Assembly: GCA_038064695.1 (NCBI GenBank)
Contig: JBBTSO010000005.1
Span: 42,070-106,069 of the forward strand
DNA: 64,000 bases
Direction of reading: 5' to 3'
Origin: Patescibacteria group bacterium
GTDB lineage: Bacteria; Patescibacteriota; Minisyncoccia; Phycocordibacterales; Phycocordibacteraceae
In this document: positions 29,097-38,485 of the stretch, piece after piece
Position numbering within the stretch: the first letter of the stretch is position 1
Layout: every line of letters begins with the position of its first letter
Notes under the pieces: model-generated
The model's database searches: none
Seen by the model: the letters and a program-made list of their open reading frames with translations, nothing else
Told to the model about the DNA's origin: nothing
Position numbers and translations under genes: made by a program

Positions 29097-29132
29097 GCGT
29101 AACCCACCCTTTGAGGAGCGAGTCATAAAGGT

Positions 29133-29354
29133 ATGGACTCGTTTATCGATGAAACCTTCCATAAAGAGCTTCAAGCCCATAAAGACCCTGTAGCGGTGTC
29201 AGAAGCGCTTAAAACGAATGAAGGGGTTCATTTGGCAGAGGAGTTCCTAGAAAGCGTCCTTCCAATGCCATACGGCTTAAGTGCAACCGGTGAGTCAGCT
29301 CCAGAAGAGCTTGCCATGCTCGTTTTAGAACATATAGTTTTCCCCTACCTGTAG
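29133..29354 (+). CDS. Small acidic hypothetical protein
   Basis: 73 aa ORF. Confidence 0.45.
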   Translation: MDSFIDETFHKELQAHKDPVAVSEALKTNEGVHLAEEFLESVLPMPYGLSATGESAPEELAMLVLEHIVFPYL

Positions 29355-29381
29355 TATTGACAAACTTGTGGTTATGATATA

Positions 29382-29642
29382 ATGCTTTTTATGATTCCTC
29401 ACCCAGAAAGAATTTTAACTCCAGAAGTTATTTTTGAAACAGGCGTGCGTGAAGCGCGGCGTCCTGGTGTTGACCTGGAATATGGCGCGCGTACGAGCAA
29501 CATGGTGTTTCGGGAAACAGGAGGTACCGACTCCCCTCTCATGCAATTTTTAACCGAGGGTGAGTTTGGTGCGGTGTATTGGAAAAGTTTTGAAGAGCGC
29601 GCAGAATTAATTCAAGAATTTTTCTCAGTCCTATTTTTCTAG
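29382..29642 (+). CDS. Small hypothetical protein
   Basis: 86 aa ORF with upstream TTGACA and downstream terminator. Confidence 0.45.
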   Translation: MLFMIPHPERILTPEVIFETGVREARRPGVDLEYGARTSNMVFRETGGTDSPLMQFLTEGEFGAVYWKSFEERAELIQEFFSVLFF

Positions 29643-29658
29643 TGGTACTGCAATAAAT

Positions 29659-29690
29659 AGCAAAAACCCCGTTTAGGCGGGGTTTTTGCT
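29659..29690. terminator. Bidirectional terminator
   Basis: AGCAAAAACCCCG..CGGGGTTTTTGCT. Confidence 0.85.
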
Positions 29691-29698
29691 GTAAATCT

Positions 29699-29905
29699 CT
29701 ACATTGCCGAGCACTGCTTGCAGTCTTTCTTGTGAGTGAACACCAAGTAAAGTGCTGAAAGTCCAACCAAAATGTAGACAATCTGTTCTACACCTCCTAA
29801 CCCTCCTACGAGCATATGAACAGCATTGTATCCGAACGCCATCAACCCCCAGTTAAGACCACCAATGATAACTAATATGAAACTTACTGCGTGAGCGTAT
29901 TTCAT
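29699..29905 (-). CDS. DUF378 family membrane protein
   Basis: LVIIGGLNWGL, VYILVGLSALY. Confidence 0.9.
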   Translation of the reverse strand: MKYAHAVSFILVIIGGLNWGLMAFGYNAVHMLVGGLGGVEQIVYILVGLSALYLVFTHKKDCKQCSAM

Positions 29906-29989
29906 TTCGTGTCGTTTAAACTAATAATGCTACCTATTCATTAAACACCAGATTCCGAGGTTAGAAGGACGGGCTGTGCATAGCTTTTT

Positions 29990-31372
29990 TTATAGGTACG
30001 AAAGCGGGTTTAGATACCCGCTGGTTCCCGCAACAGGAATGCGGGCGTTAGCACAGTTTGTTTTTGTCTTTAAATCTCCCAAACGGACTATCTGTACAGC
30101 GTCAGACGCTAAAACCGTGAAGTGCAGGTGTGGTCCCGTTGAATAACCCGTGTTGCCTGAATATCCTAAAAGTCCTCCTGTGGCAACCGCCTCTCCTTGG
30201 CTGATACTGATGTGGGAGAGGTGCGCGTAGAGCGACGAGAGGCCGTTGGCATGACGGACCAAAACCCACTTGCCGTAACTGTAACAACCCTTTATTTCGT
30301 CCGTATTCCCTGTTGCTTCAACAATTCCGGAGAGTGACGAAATTACTTTTGTTCCTTCAGGGGCGCCAAAATCAATGCCGTTGTGGCCGCTCCCGTTGTA
30401 GGCGCCACTTTTCGCAAAGGTGGTGTTACCGAAGTACTGCGTGAGACAGTATAAGTTTCCAAACGTGCTTTTACGATCCGCACACCGGCTCATAAATTTT
30501 TCGTCCAGTGGAAATGAAAGCACCCCACTCCCCGCCGCGGGAATTTTAGAAGGGTCAAGCGTATATTCAAGCTGTGCTTCAAAGTCACGAATTTCCGATT
30601 CCAACTGTTCACGTGCAGTTTTTTTTTCGTTAAGTAGTTTTTGATACTCGGTCTCTTTACTTTTGGTAGCGCCCAAAACGGTGGACTGAGCTTTTTTGTT
30701 TTGATCGAGAACTGTTTTTTGTCCCGTGAGCTCTTTTTTAAATGACACTAACTGCCCTTGTTTTTTAGCAAGTTCTGTATAGTCAATTTGGAGTGATTCG
30801 CGAATTGCCGTGAGTTCCACTACCTCATCGCTGAGTGCTGTTTGCACGCGACGGAGACGATCTGATTCTTCCCACGCGAGAGAAAAATTTGCTCCGGCGA
30901 GAAAATGTTCAATGAGCGTGGTGTCGTCTATTTTTGAAATGAGGCGCAGCGATTTTTGTATGACGTTATTGCTCTCCACAATACGACGTTCTTTGTCTTC
31001 GATTTCTGTGCCGATTTCTTCTAATTGAAGCCCGGTGGTTGCGATCCGGTTTTCGGTTACCGCAATGTCGGTGGCGATTTTTTTACGTGAGAGGTCAAGT
31101 CGAGCAATTTCAGCTTCTAATGTTTTTCGATCCGCTCCCACTTTGGTGAGCTCCGCTTCGTACTTTGCAATTTCAGCTTCAAGAGCCGCGAGTTGCTCTG
31201 TTCGTTCAGTTATTTTACTTTGCAACTCTGAAACGACATCGGCGTGTACAGGAACAGGGACAGCAAAGAGTATAGAGTATAGAGTATAGAGTATGAAAAA
31301 ACAGGAGACAAAAAAACGATTACGCGTGAGCGAGTTTTGAAATGGCAGTGTGAATGCGCCGTATCGTTTCAT
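29990..31372 (-). CDS. Coiled-coil M23 family peptidoglycan endopeptidase
   Basis: Signal peptide ending VHA, long coiled coil, HNGID, YAHLS, TGPHLH; start uncertain because it overlaps the gltX end. Confidence 0.88.
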   Translation of the reverse strand: MKRYGAFTLPFQNSLTRNRFFVSCFFILYTLYSILFAVPVPVHADVVSELQSKITERTEQLAALEAEIAKYEAELTKVGADRKTLEAEIARLDLSRKKIATDIAVTENRIATTGLQLEEIGTEIEDKERRIVESNNVIQKSLRLISKIDDTTLIEHFLAGANFSLAWEESDRLRRVQTALSDEVVELTAIRESLQIDYTELAKKQGQLVSFKKELTGQKTVLDQNKKAQSTVLGATKSKETEYQKLLNEKKTAREQLESEIRDFEAQLEYTLDPSKIPAAGSGVLSFPLDEKFMSRCADRKSTFGNLYCLTQYFGNTTFAKSGAYNGSGHNGIDFGAPEGTKVISSLSGIVEATGNTDEIKGCYSYGKWVLVRHANGLSSLYAHLSHISISQGEAVATGGLLGYSGNTGYSTGPHLHFTVLASDAVQIVRLGDLKTKTNCANARIPVAGTSGYLNPLSYL

Positions 31373-32669
31373 CTTTTCCTAGTATACCAGCGACCTCAAA
31401 CGGGTCCGGTGATTTATCTTTTCCAGTCAATGCAAAGCGAAAAGGCCACAGTACACTTCCCTTCCCTGCCGCTTCCGCGTAACTCCAGACGGCTTCACGG
31501 ACCGATTCTTTCGTCCACGTGCCCTCAGGGATTTTTGATACTGCTCCCAGTGTCGCTTCCAGATGTGTTTTTGTAACCGCAAGGTCAGGATCTTGTTTCC
31601 ATTTCAATTTCTCCGCTTCATAAATGGGAGCTTCAACAAGGTACTCAAGCTCGCCCGACTCCTCAAGGGCACGGATGTCGTCGTACGTTTCAATGCGTTC
31701 ACGTAAGAGAGAAAGAATAACCTCTGTTTGACCGGACTCTTTTAAAATGCCTTGCATGCGTTTTGAAAGGAATGGCAATCCTTCAGCGATAAAACGATCA
31801 CTCGAAATTTTCTTCAGGTGTTCGCGATTAAACCAACGAAGTTTTACTTCATCAAAAATGGCTCCCGACTTTTGTACTTGATCTAAGCTAAAACGTTCTA
31901 CGAGTTCTTCTTTTGAAAAAATTTCCTCAACACCTCCTGTGTTCCAACCCAAACTTGCAATGTAATTCAAAAGTGCTTCAGGGAGAAATCCAAGGTCACG
32001 ATATTCAGAAACCGCGCGCGCTCCTTTGCGTTTAGAAAGTTTTGAACGGTCGGGGGCAAGGACGAGCGGAAGGTGCGCGTAGGTCGGGATCGTGGCGCCA
32101 AGCGCTTCGTAAATAAGAATTTGGCGTGGCGTGTTAGAAATGTGATCATCTCCACGAATGACGTGATTGACCCCCGTCAGCGCGTCGTCAGCAACGACAG
32201 TTAAATGGAAGAGTGGCTCGGTAAAGCTTTTGGCGATGACGAAGTCTCCGAGGTCGGTGGTGTTCATGGTAATGGGACCGCGTATAGCGTCCGTGAACGT
32301 GACCACTTTATTTTGATTTCTGAATCGAACAAGTTCCCGTGTAACGCCATCTTCGCCTTTTTCTGGTGACACGTATGCCTGGTTTCTATTCACCAAATTT
32401 TTAATGATTGATTCGTGCTCTTTTACCCACTCACTCTGGCGGTGGAGGTAGTCGTATGAAAGACCCAACCAAGACATGGTTTCTAAAATGTTATCTTCGT
32501 AGACTTTCTTTGAGCGAATGCGGTCCGTGTCTTCAATACGGAGAATAAATGTTCCTTCATGGTGCCGCGCAAAGAGGTAGGCAAACACCGCGGTTCGATA
32601 CGTTCCGGCATGAAAAAGACCCGTAGGACTTGGTGCAAAACGTGTGACCACTTGCGGTTTAATTTTCAT
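31320..32669 (-). CDS. gltX: Glutamate--tRNA ligase
   Basis: RFAPSPTG..H.G, LRIEDTD, IRGDDH, KLSKR. Confidence 0.96.
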   Translation of the reverse strand: MKIKPQVVTRFAPSPTGLFHAGTYRTAVFAYLFARHHEGTFILRIEDTDRIRSKKVYEDNILETMSWLGLSYDYLHRQSEWVKEHESIIKNLVNRNQAYVSPEKGEDGVTRELVRFRNQNKVVTFTDAIRGPITMNTTDLGDFVIAKSFTEPLFHLTVVADDALTGVNHVIRGDDHISNTPRQILIYEALGATIPTYAHLPLVLAPDRSKLSKRKGARAVSEYRDLGFLPEALLNYIASLGWNTGGVEEIFSKEELVERFSLDQVQKSGAIFDEVKLRWFNREHLKKISSDRFIAEGLPFLSKRMQGILKESGQTEVILSLLRERIETYDDIRALEESGELEYLVEAPIYEAEKLKWKQDPDLAVTKTHLEATLGAVSKIPEGTWTKESVREAVWSYAEAAGKGSVLWPFRFALTGKDKSPDPFEVAGILGKDETIRRIHTAISKLAHA

Positions 32670-32719
32670 AAAAAGTCCTTACAGTGTAACGCCAAAGGGC
32701 GCTGTTGGGAATGCGTTTT

Positions 32720-33859
32720 TTAAGTCTCGTGTTCTAGGGCGGTGTCTAAAACGGCAGTGGCGAGTGCATGTGCGGCGTCGGGTTTTGCGAATTTTTTTGC
32801 TGCTTCCGCCATGTCAGTGCGCGCTTTCGGATTGGTGAAAAGTCGGTCAATTTCCGCAACGAGAATATTCGGCGAGAGGTTTCCTTGCTCAATAACCACC
32901 GTAGCCCCCGCGTGCGCGTAGGCAAAGGCGTTCACGCGTTGGTCCCGACTCACTGATTCAGGAATGGGAATTATGATGGAGGCCTTCCCCCACGCAGCGA
33001 TTTCAAATATGCTACCGCTCCCCGCGCGACTCACCACCACGTCAGCGGCTCCCGCTGCCATTTTCAAGGCGAGCGAAGAAAGAAATCCGAATGATTTGTA
33101 GCGGTAGCGGCGTTCGTTTTGTTCCAAAATAACGCGCGCCGTATCTCGTATTACTTCAAAGTTTTTTTCACCGGTCTGATGTACCACCTGATACTTACTA
33201 ATGAGCTGTGGAAGCGCGGTAAGCACCGTGTCATTTATTTTTTCAGAACCGGTTGATCCTCCTAGAATTAAAATAGTAGGAATATTTTTTTCAAGTTCTA
33301 AAAATTCATGTGCTCCGTCACGCGCCGGGTTTCTCACCCCTTCGCGCACGGGGTTTCCAATAACTGCTGTTTTTTCTTTGACCTTCTCTGGCAGGTGTTC
33401 CAAGGCGTCGTTGTAGGAGAGGGCTATTTTTTTTGCAAAAGGAGCGGCAAGAAGCGTGGCGCGCCCAGGGGTTGCGTCTGAGTCGTGGAGAATTACGGGA
33501 ATACCCAGAATGCGTGATGCCATGAGCGTGGGAACCGCGCCGTATCCTCCCTTTGAAACCACCACGTCGGGGTACACCGAGTAGAGTTTAAAGAGTGTAT
33601 CAACAATACCAAAAAATGTTTTAAAAATATCTAAAAAATTCATCACTGAAAAATAGCGGCGCATTTTCCCCGCGGGAGTTTGAATAAACGTAATGTTGTT
33701 TTCAAAAAGAATTCGTTCGTCAAATGGAGCGGGTGCAAAAAAGTATAATTCTGGTTGTATAATTTTCCGCTCTTTGACGATTTTTTGTATTTCTTCGGCG
33801 ACAGCAATAATGGGGTAAAAGTGCCCCCCTGTTCCTCCACCGGTGAAAACGATGCGCAT
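32720..33859 (-). CDS. murG: Lipid II GlcNAc transferase MurG
   Basis: TGGGTGGH, KGGY, GNPVR, GGSTGS, SRAGS, QRVNA. Confidence 0.96.
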   Translation of the reverse strand: MRIVFTGGGTGGHFYPIIAVAEEIQKIVKERKIIQPELYFFAPAPFDERILFENNITFIQTPAGKMRRYFSVMNFLDIFKTFFGIVDTLFKLYSVYPDVVVSKGGYGAVPTLMASRILGIPVILHDSDATPGRATLLAAPFAKKIALSYNDALEHLPEKVKEKTAVIGNPVREGVRNPARDGAHEFLELEKNIPTILILGGSTGSEKINDTVLTALPQLISKYQVVHQTGEKNFEVIRDTARVILEQNERRYRYKSFGFLSSLALKMAAGAADVVVSRAGSGSIFEIAAWGKASIIIPIPESVSRDQRVNAFAYAHAGATVVIEQGNLSPNILVAEIDRLFTNPKARTDMAEAAKKFAKPDAAHALATAVLDTALEHET

Positions 33860-33866
33860 AGTGTGT

Positions 33867-34964
33867 TCAAGTGCGCGCGTAGCGCGAGATTTGTAACATG
33901 ATACCGACCGAGGCAAGTGCCATCGCCAGGGCGCTCCCGCCGTGACTGATGAAAATCAGAGGGAGTCCTGAAAGTGGAAATACCGCGAGCATGGCACCAA
34001 TGTTTAAAAACGATTGGACCGAGATCAGTATAGCAATTCCTACGACCACGAGTCCACTGAACAAATCGGGGGTACGAGCAGCTATAAACAGTGATCGCAG
34101 TGCAAAGGTAAGAAATCCCAAGACCAAAACAACGCTCCCCACAAACCCAAATTCTTCAGCGAACACCGCGAAAATAGAGTCTGAGGTTGGCTCAGGGAGC
34201 GTGGTGAATTTTTGTATGCTCTGACCAAAACCACGCCCTAACACTTGCCCGCTTCCGACCGCAATGAGCGACTTTTGAATTTGGTACCCCGCTCCCTGAG
34301 GGTCTTTCGCGGGATCTAGAAATGTTTGTATACGATCAAGCGCGTGAGGGTGCGTGACAATAAATCCCGACAGGGCAATCACGCCTGCAAGGGCGAGAAT
34401 CCCCATATCCTTAAAACGCGCTCCTGAAGCAAAGAACATTGCCCCTCCAGCGCTTCCTATAACCAAAAAGGTCCCCATATCGGGCTGTAACAGCAGTAAA
34501 AGCGCCACCACGGAGGTAATAGCCACAAACGGCCCAATACGCACCAGAAACGGAATATTCGCCTTACGGCGCTGTGAGAGCCAGGTTGCCAGGTAGAGTA
34601 CGTATCCAATTTTTAGTGCTTCAGCGGGTTGAAAGGTGGTAAACCCAAAATCAAGCCAACTTCGTGCTCCATTCAATTCGATTCCCAGTGGGGTGAAAAC
34701 AAGGAGACACAAAACACAGGCAAGAATAAAAATATAAAAAGAATACTGTTTCCAAAAACGATACGGGATATTGCTCGTCACAAAAAGTGCAATGAGTCCG
34801 CCAACGATACCTAAGAGTAGTTGCGAAGTGGCGATATCGGCAAATTCCGCTCCCTCGCGTGCTAAGAGCCCTAGTGATGCTGAGAGAAAAATCAAAAAGC
34901 CACCAATAACAAGCGCCAGTGTCGCAAAGAGAATGTACGAATCAACCGCTCGCTTTTTAGCCAT
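33867..34964 (-). CDS. ftsW: SEDS peptidoglycan polymerase FtsW
   Basis: NGARSW, FQPAE, LQPDMGT, LPEPTSDSIFA, LPLIFISHGGS. Confidence 0.92.
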   Translation of the reverse strand: MAKKRAVDSYILFATLALVIGGFLIFLSASLGLLAREGAEFADIATSQLLLGIVGGLIALFVTSNIPYRFWKQYSFYIFILACVLCLLVFTPLGIELNGARSWLDFGFTTFQPAEALKIGYVLYLATWLSQRRKANIPFLVRIGPFVAITSVVALLLLLQPDMGTFLVIGSAGGAMFFASGARFKDMGILALAGVIALSGFIVTHPHALDRIQTFLDPAKDPQGAGYQIQKSLIAVGSGQVLGRGFGQSIQKFTTLPEPTSDSIFAVFAEEFGFVGSVVLVLGFLTFALRSLFIAARTPDLFSGLVVVGIAILISVQSFLNIGAMLAVFPLSGLPLIFISHGGSALAMALASVGIMLQISRYART

Positions 34965-34973
34965 TTTTTAATA

Positions 34974-35116
34974 GTACACCCCGTTAGAAATCTTTAAAAG
35001 AAAAATTACCATATAAAGTAATTTTTCTTTGTGAAAAATCAACATTTCCTTAAACTTTGAATTTGCATACCACTGCTATTCGACTCATTGTGAATTAGAT
35101 TTCTAACGGGGTACAC
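34974..35116. mobile_element. MITE-like element, 131 bp, 14-bp TIRs, 6-bp flanking direct repeat
   Basis: GTACAC|CCCGTTAGAAATCT ... AGATTTCTAACGGG|GTACAC; AT-rich non-coding interior with a hairpin. Confidence 0.75.
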
Positions 35117-35174
35117 CACTCCCCTTCTCATTCGGGTCTATTTTCCTGTGGTTTGTTGTAATTAAAATACGCCA

Positions 35175-35870
35175 CTAACGGGAAGCTTTTTGCAGGTACA
35201 GCACGAAGTAATTTCGTTTGTAGAGCACTCCTTCAAAGCGCGTGTAGTGGTGTTTCTTCTCTTTTTTTATCAACAAAAATGACTCGTACAACGCAAGAAT
35301 ATCCTGCTCGGTGAACACTCGTTCATGAAAGTTACTTTTAGGCATAAGGTACGTATCCTTTTCTTTCCACGGGTGTTCTTTCAAAAGAGCGTGTGCATTT
35401 TTATCGCCATCTTTGCACAACGCGCGAACAAAGAGCCATCCTCCCGGTTTTAAAACGCGATGTATTTCTGACACGTACACACGCCGTTCGCCTTCGGTAA
35501 GTGAGTTAGATGACATCACATCAAGAACAATGTCTATACTTTGATCAGGAAGCGGGTATGGTTTTCCTATGTTCTGTTCAAAAAAAGTGACGGTACTTTT
35601 AGTTTCAACCACACGAGCGCGTGCGCTTTGAAGCGCGTTTCGTGCAATGTCGTATCCAATAACGGTTGCTCCAAGACTCTCAAAAAAGAATGCGTGCTTC
35701 CCTACCCCGCAGCCAAGGTCAAGTACGTGTGCGTCGGTGAAATCAACATCAGTTTTTTTGCGTAAAAATCGAGCAAAATTTTTCACCTCCTGAGAAGGCT
35801 CCATGCTTCCGCTCACAAAACGTTTTTTGCTGTATTCTTCCTCCCACGCTTTTTGTTGGTACGGTGACAC
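35175..35870 (-). CDS. Class I SAM-dependent methyltransferase
   Basis: VLDLGCGVG, GYDIA, IHRVLKPGG; GTG start at 35870 assumed. Confidence 0.85.
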   Translation of the reverse strand: MSPYQQKAWEEEYSKKRFVSGSMEPSQEVKNFARFLRKKTDVDFTDAHVLDLGCGVGKHAFFFESLGATVIGYDIARNALQSARARVVETKSTVTFFEQNIGKPYPLPDQSIDIVLDVMSSNSLTEGERRVYVSEIHRVLKPGGWLFVRALCKDGDKNAHALLKEHPWKEKDTYLMPKSNFHERVFTEQDILALYESFLLIKKEKKHHYTRFEGVLYKRNYFVLYLQKASR

Positions 35871-35874
35871 TGTT

Positions 35875-36951
35875 TTATCCCAAAAGTGCAAAGGCAACAC
35901 CCGCAAACGCGAGTACAGCGGTTAAGACCCAGTAACGCATGGTTACTTTGTAGGCTGGCCAGCCTAGCGCTTCAAAATGGTGGTGGAGTGGCGCGACACG
36001 AAACACTTTTTTCCCGAACCACTTTTTTGATGCCACCTGAATAATGTTTGAGAGTACTGTTCCCGAGAGTGGCAATGCAATGATGCCAAGGGTAAGAAAA
36101 CCGTGTCCTTCGCCCAAGGTGTCGGTCATAAAGGCAATGGTGGCGAGCGTGATGGTGAGACCCATCGTACCCGTTTCAGACATATAAAACCGCGCGGGAG
36201 GAATATTGAACCAGAGAAAGGCAAGAATGCCGCCCGCGATCGTTGCCGCAAACGCGGCTAAGTCAATTTGGTTTTGAAAAAAGGCAATACCGGCGTACGC
36301 GCCAAAAATAATGGCAAACACGCCTCCCGCGAGTCCATCGATGCCATCAATAACGCCTGACGCGTAAAAAAACAAAACGGTTAACACAAAGAGCGGCACG
36401 ATGAGCCACCCAATTTCTAGCGGAGCGTTAAAAGGAATGCCGATAGCAGTCACATCCAATTTATCAAAAAACCACCACCCGGCTCCGAGCGCCAATATTC
36501 CGACCGAGAGCAGACGAACGCGAAGCGATAGGCCTTTTGAAAAACCCGCTTGTGTTTGAATTTCAAGAAAGTCATCAGCGAGTCCAATAAGAGAACCCGC
36601 GCCGAGGAGGATGAGCGGAACCCACGTTTGGTTGCGTGAGAGAAAATTGAGTTTTTCAAAAATACTTCCCTCGTAGAGCATGCCCAAAATCCACAAAACA
36701 AAAATAGCAATAAAGACGCTTGCCCAAATAATAATACCCCCCATGCGCGGAGTGTTTGTTTCTTTATTTTTATGGAGTTCGTTAAACACCAAGGCCTCTT
36801 TTCCTTCCAAATCTACTTTCCCCGCGCTTTTTTTCCATGCGCGATGTTTATACAAAAAATGAGTTAAAAAAGGTGTAACCACTATGCCGGTGGTAAACGC
36901 AAATACCGCGGGAACAAAGACTTTTATAACATCAAGGAGTGCGGGATCCAT
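35875..36951 (-). CDS. mraY: Phospho-MurNAc-pentapeptide transferase MraY
   Basis: TPRMGG, GLADD, DGIDGLA, FNIPPARFYMSETG, APLHHHFE. Confidence 0.95.
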   Translation of the reverse strand: MDPALLDVIKVFVPAVFAFTTGIVVTPFLTHFLYKHRAWKKSAGKVDLEGKEALVFNELHKNKETNTPRMGGIIIWASVFIAIFVLWILGMLYEGSIFEKLNFLSRNQTWVPLILLGAGSLIGLADDFLEIQTQAGFSKGLSLRVRLLSVGILALGAGWWFFDKLDVTAIGIPFNAPLEIGWLIVPLFVLTVLFFYASGVIDGIDGLAGGVFAIIFGAYAGIAFFQNQIDLAAFAATIAGGILAFLWFNIPPARFYMSETGTMGLTITLATIAFMTDTLGEGHGFLTLGIIALPLSGTVLSNIIQVASKKWFGKKVFRVAPLHHHFEALGWPAYKVTMRYWVLTAVLAFAGVAFALLG

Positions 36952-36956
36952 AGGCG

Positions 36957-37868
36957 CTACTTTTTGCAAAGTGTAGCACGCTTCAACGTTTTTTTTGCGT
37001 ATTCGTTGAGCGTCAGTATGTCACTATTTCTGCCGTCTCTGGTAGAGCCTAAGACCACGAGCGCCACGGGGTGACCCACGACAGGTTCAACAATAAGGGA
37101 CAAGTTTCCTCCCGCGAGGTCAGTAAATCCAGTTTTTGAAGCAATTTCTCCAGGTACGGTTCCTGTGATGCTACTCGTATGTTCCGCATGGTATGTTTTT
37201 CCTGTTGGAGTAACAAATGTTTTTTCTGCCGATGTTGATTGGCTGTAAACCGCTTCATCTTTTTGAGATATTTCTGCAAGTAAGAGTGCGGTGTCGCGCG
37301 CAGACCCGTACGCTCCAGCTAGGGTTTTTGAAACATCTAATCCCGTGTCATTTAAAAAATATGTTTGCGTGAGCCCCATGGTATGGGCGAGCGCGTTCAT
37401 GCGAGCAACAAAATCATTCGCGGTTTCTTTTTTGTAGCGTGAGGTAGCAAGACCGAGCGCGTGTGCCCCGTCGTTTGATGAAGTAATGAGGGTAAAGTCA
37501 ATGAGATCTTGTAAACGCCACACCTCACCAATCGTAAATTCCGAGTCCCCTTCTGGGGTTAATGCTTCTGGTTCAATAACCACCTCGCTGTGTGCTGGTA
37601 GTGTGCGTGAAGCAACCAGTACCGTCATTATTTTAGTAAGAGAAGCCAATGGCATTTGTGCGTCAGCATTTTTTTCAAAGATCGTTTGGCTTGTTTTTAT
37701 ATCGTATACGAAAGCAGATTTTGCAATAAGCGTTGGTGTATCAAACGAAGAACAGTCGTACTCAGCACCCTTTGTTATTTTTTGCGGAGTTACTCCGTGA
37801 AGGAATGACCCCCCTGCGATCAAAAGGAGTGTGAGCGTAGAAATAACAATGCCGGGCATACTACTCAT
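36957..37868 (-). CDS. D-alanyl-D-alanine carboxypeptidase (S11)
   Basis: ASLTK, SSN, SKTGFT. Confidence 0.9.
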   Translation of the reverse strand: MSSMPGIVISTLTLLLIAGGSFLHGVTPQKITKGAEYDCSSFDTPTLIAKSAFVYDIKTSQTIFEKNADAQMPLASLTKIMTVLVASRTLPAHSEVVIEPEALTPEGDSEFTIGEVWRLQDLIDFTLITSSNDGAHALGLATSRYKKETANDFVARMNALAHTMGLTQTYFLNDTGLDVSKTLAGAYGSARDTALLLAEISQKDEAVYSQSTSAEKTFVTPTGKTYHAEHTSSITGTVPGEIASKTGFTDLAGGNLSLIVEPVVGHPVALVVLGSTRDGRNSDILTLNEYAKKTLKRATLCKK

Positions 37869-38436
37869 GAGTTTCCTCGGTTGGGGCAGGACGTTCATCA
37901 AGAATGTTTTGTATTTCAGCTTTTATTTTTTCAAAATCAGGGGCGTCACTCAAAGACGATATACCAAGAGATGCAGGAAGTTCTGGCGTTCCGCGGTAGA
38001 GAAAACTCCGTTTATCAGAAGGGTGCTCTGTTTTTTCCACGAGTCCTCGTATAAGGAGCGAGCGAAGAATAGACGATGAGTTTACTCCGCGGATGTATTC
38101 AATATCAGTTTTTGATAGTGGGCCGTGGTAGAGAATAATGGCCAGTGTTTCCAACCCCGCTTTCCCTAAGGGGCCTTCAAGTTCTTCTTTTCTTACCGCG
38201 TCAATAAGTGATTTTGTTTCTGGCGCAGTGGCGAGGCCGGCATACTCCCCCTCTCGGACGAGTCGTATGCCGCGACCCTCTAGAGCAGTGCCCAAAGAAC
38301 TAAGCGCGTTTTGAATATCACTTTCACTCGCGTGGAGAGAGGCGGCGAGATCGCGAATTTTAACAGGCTCACCTTTGTAGAAAAGGAGCGCCTCTAAACT
38401 AGTTTCTAGTTGTTGGTGGTTAGTGGGTAAGCTCAT
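37861..38436 (-). CDS. scpB: SMC-Scp complex subunit ScpB
   Basis: LEALLF, LETLAIILYHGP, IEYIRGVNS. Confidence 0.93.
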   Translation of the reverse strand: MSLPTNHQQLETSLEALLFYKGEPVKIRDLAASLHASESDIQNALSSLGTALEGRGIRLVREGEYAGLATAPETKSLIDAVRKEELEGPLGKAGLETLAIILYHGPLSKTDIEYIRGVNSSSILRSLLIRGLVEKTEHPSDKRSFLYRGTPELPASLGISSLSDAPDFEKIKAEIQNILDERPAPTEETHE

Positions 38437-38485
38437 ACGTGTGTTTTTTGCTAGCAACTAAAAACTATACACTATCAACTCGTTA
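38399..38485. repeat. Two inverted heptamer arrays flanking the scpB start codon
   Basis: ctagttt ctagttg ttggtgg ttagtgg gtaagct | CAT | .. ctagcaa ctaaaaa ctataca ctatcaa ctcgtta. Confidence 0.6.
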
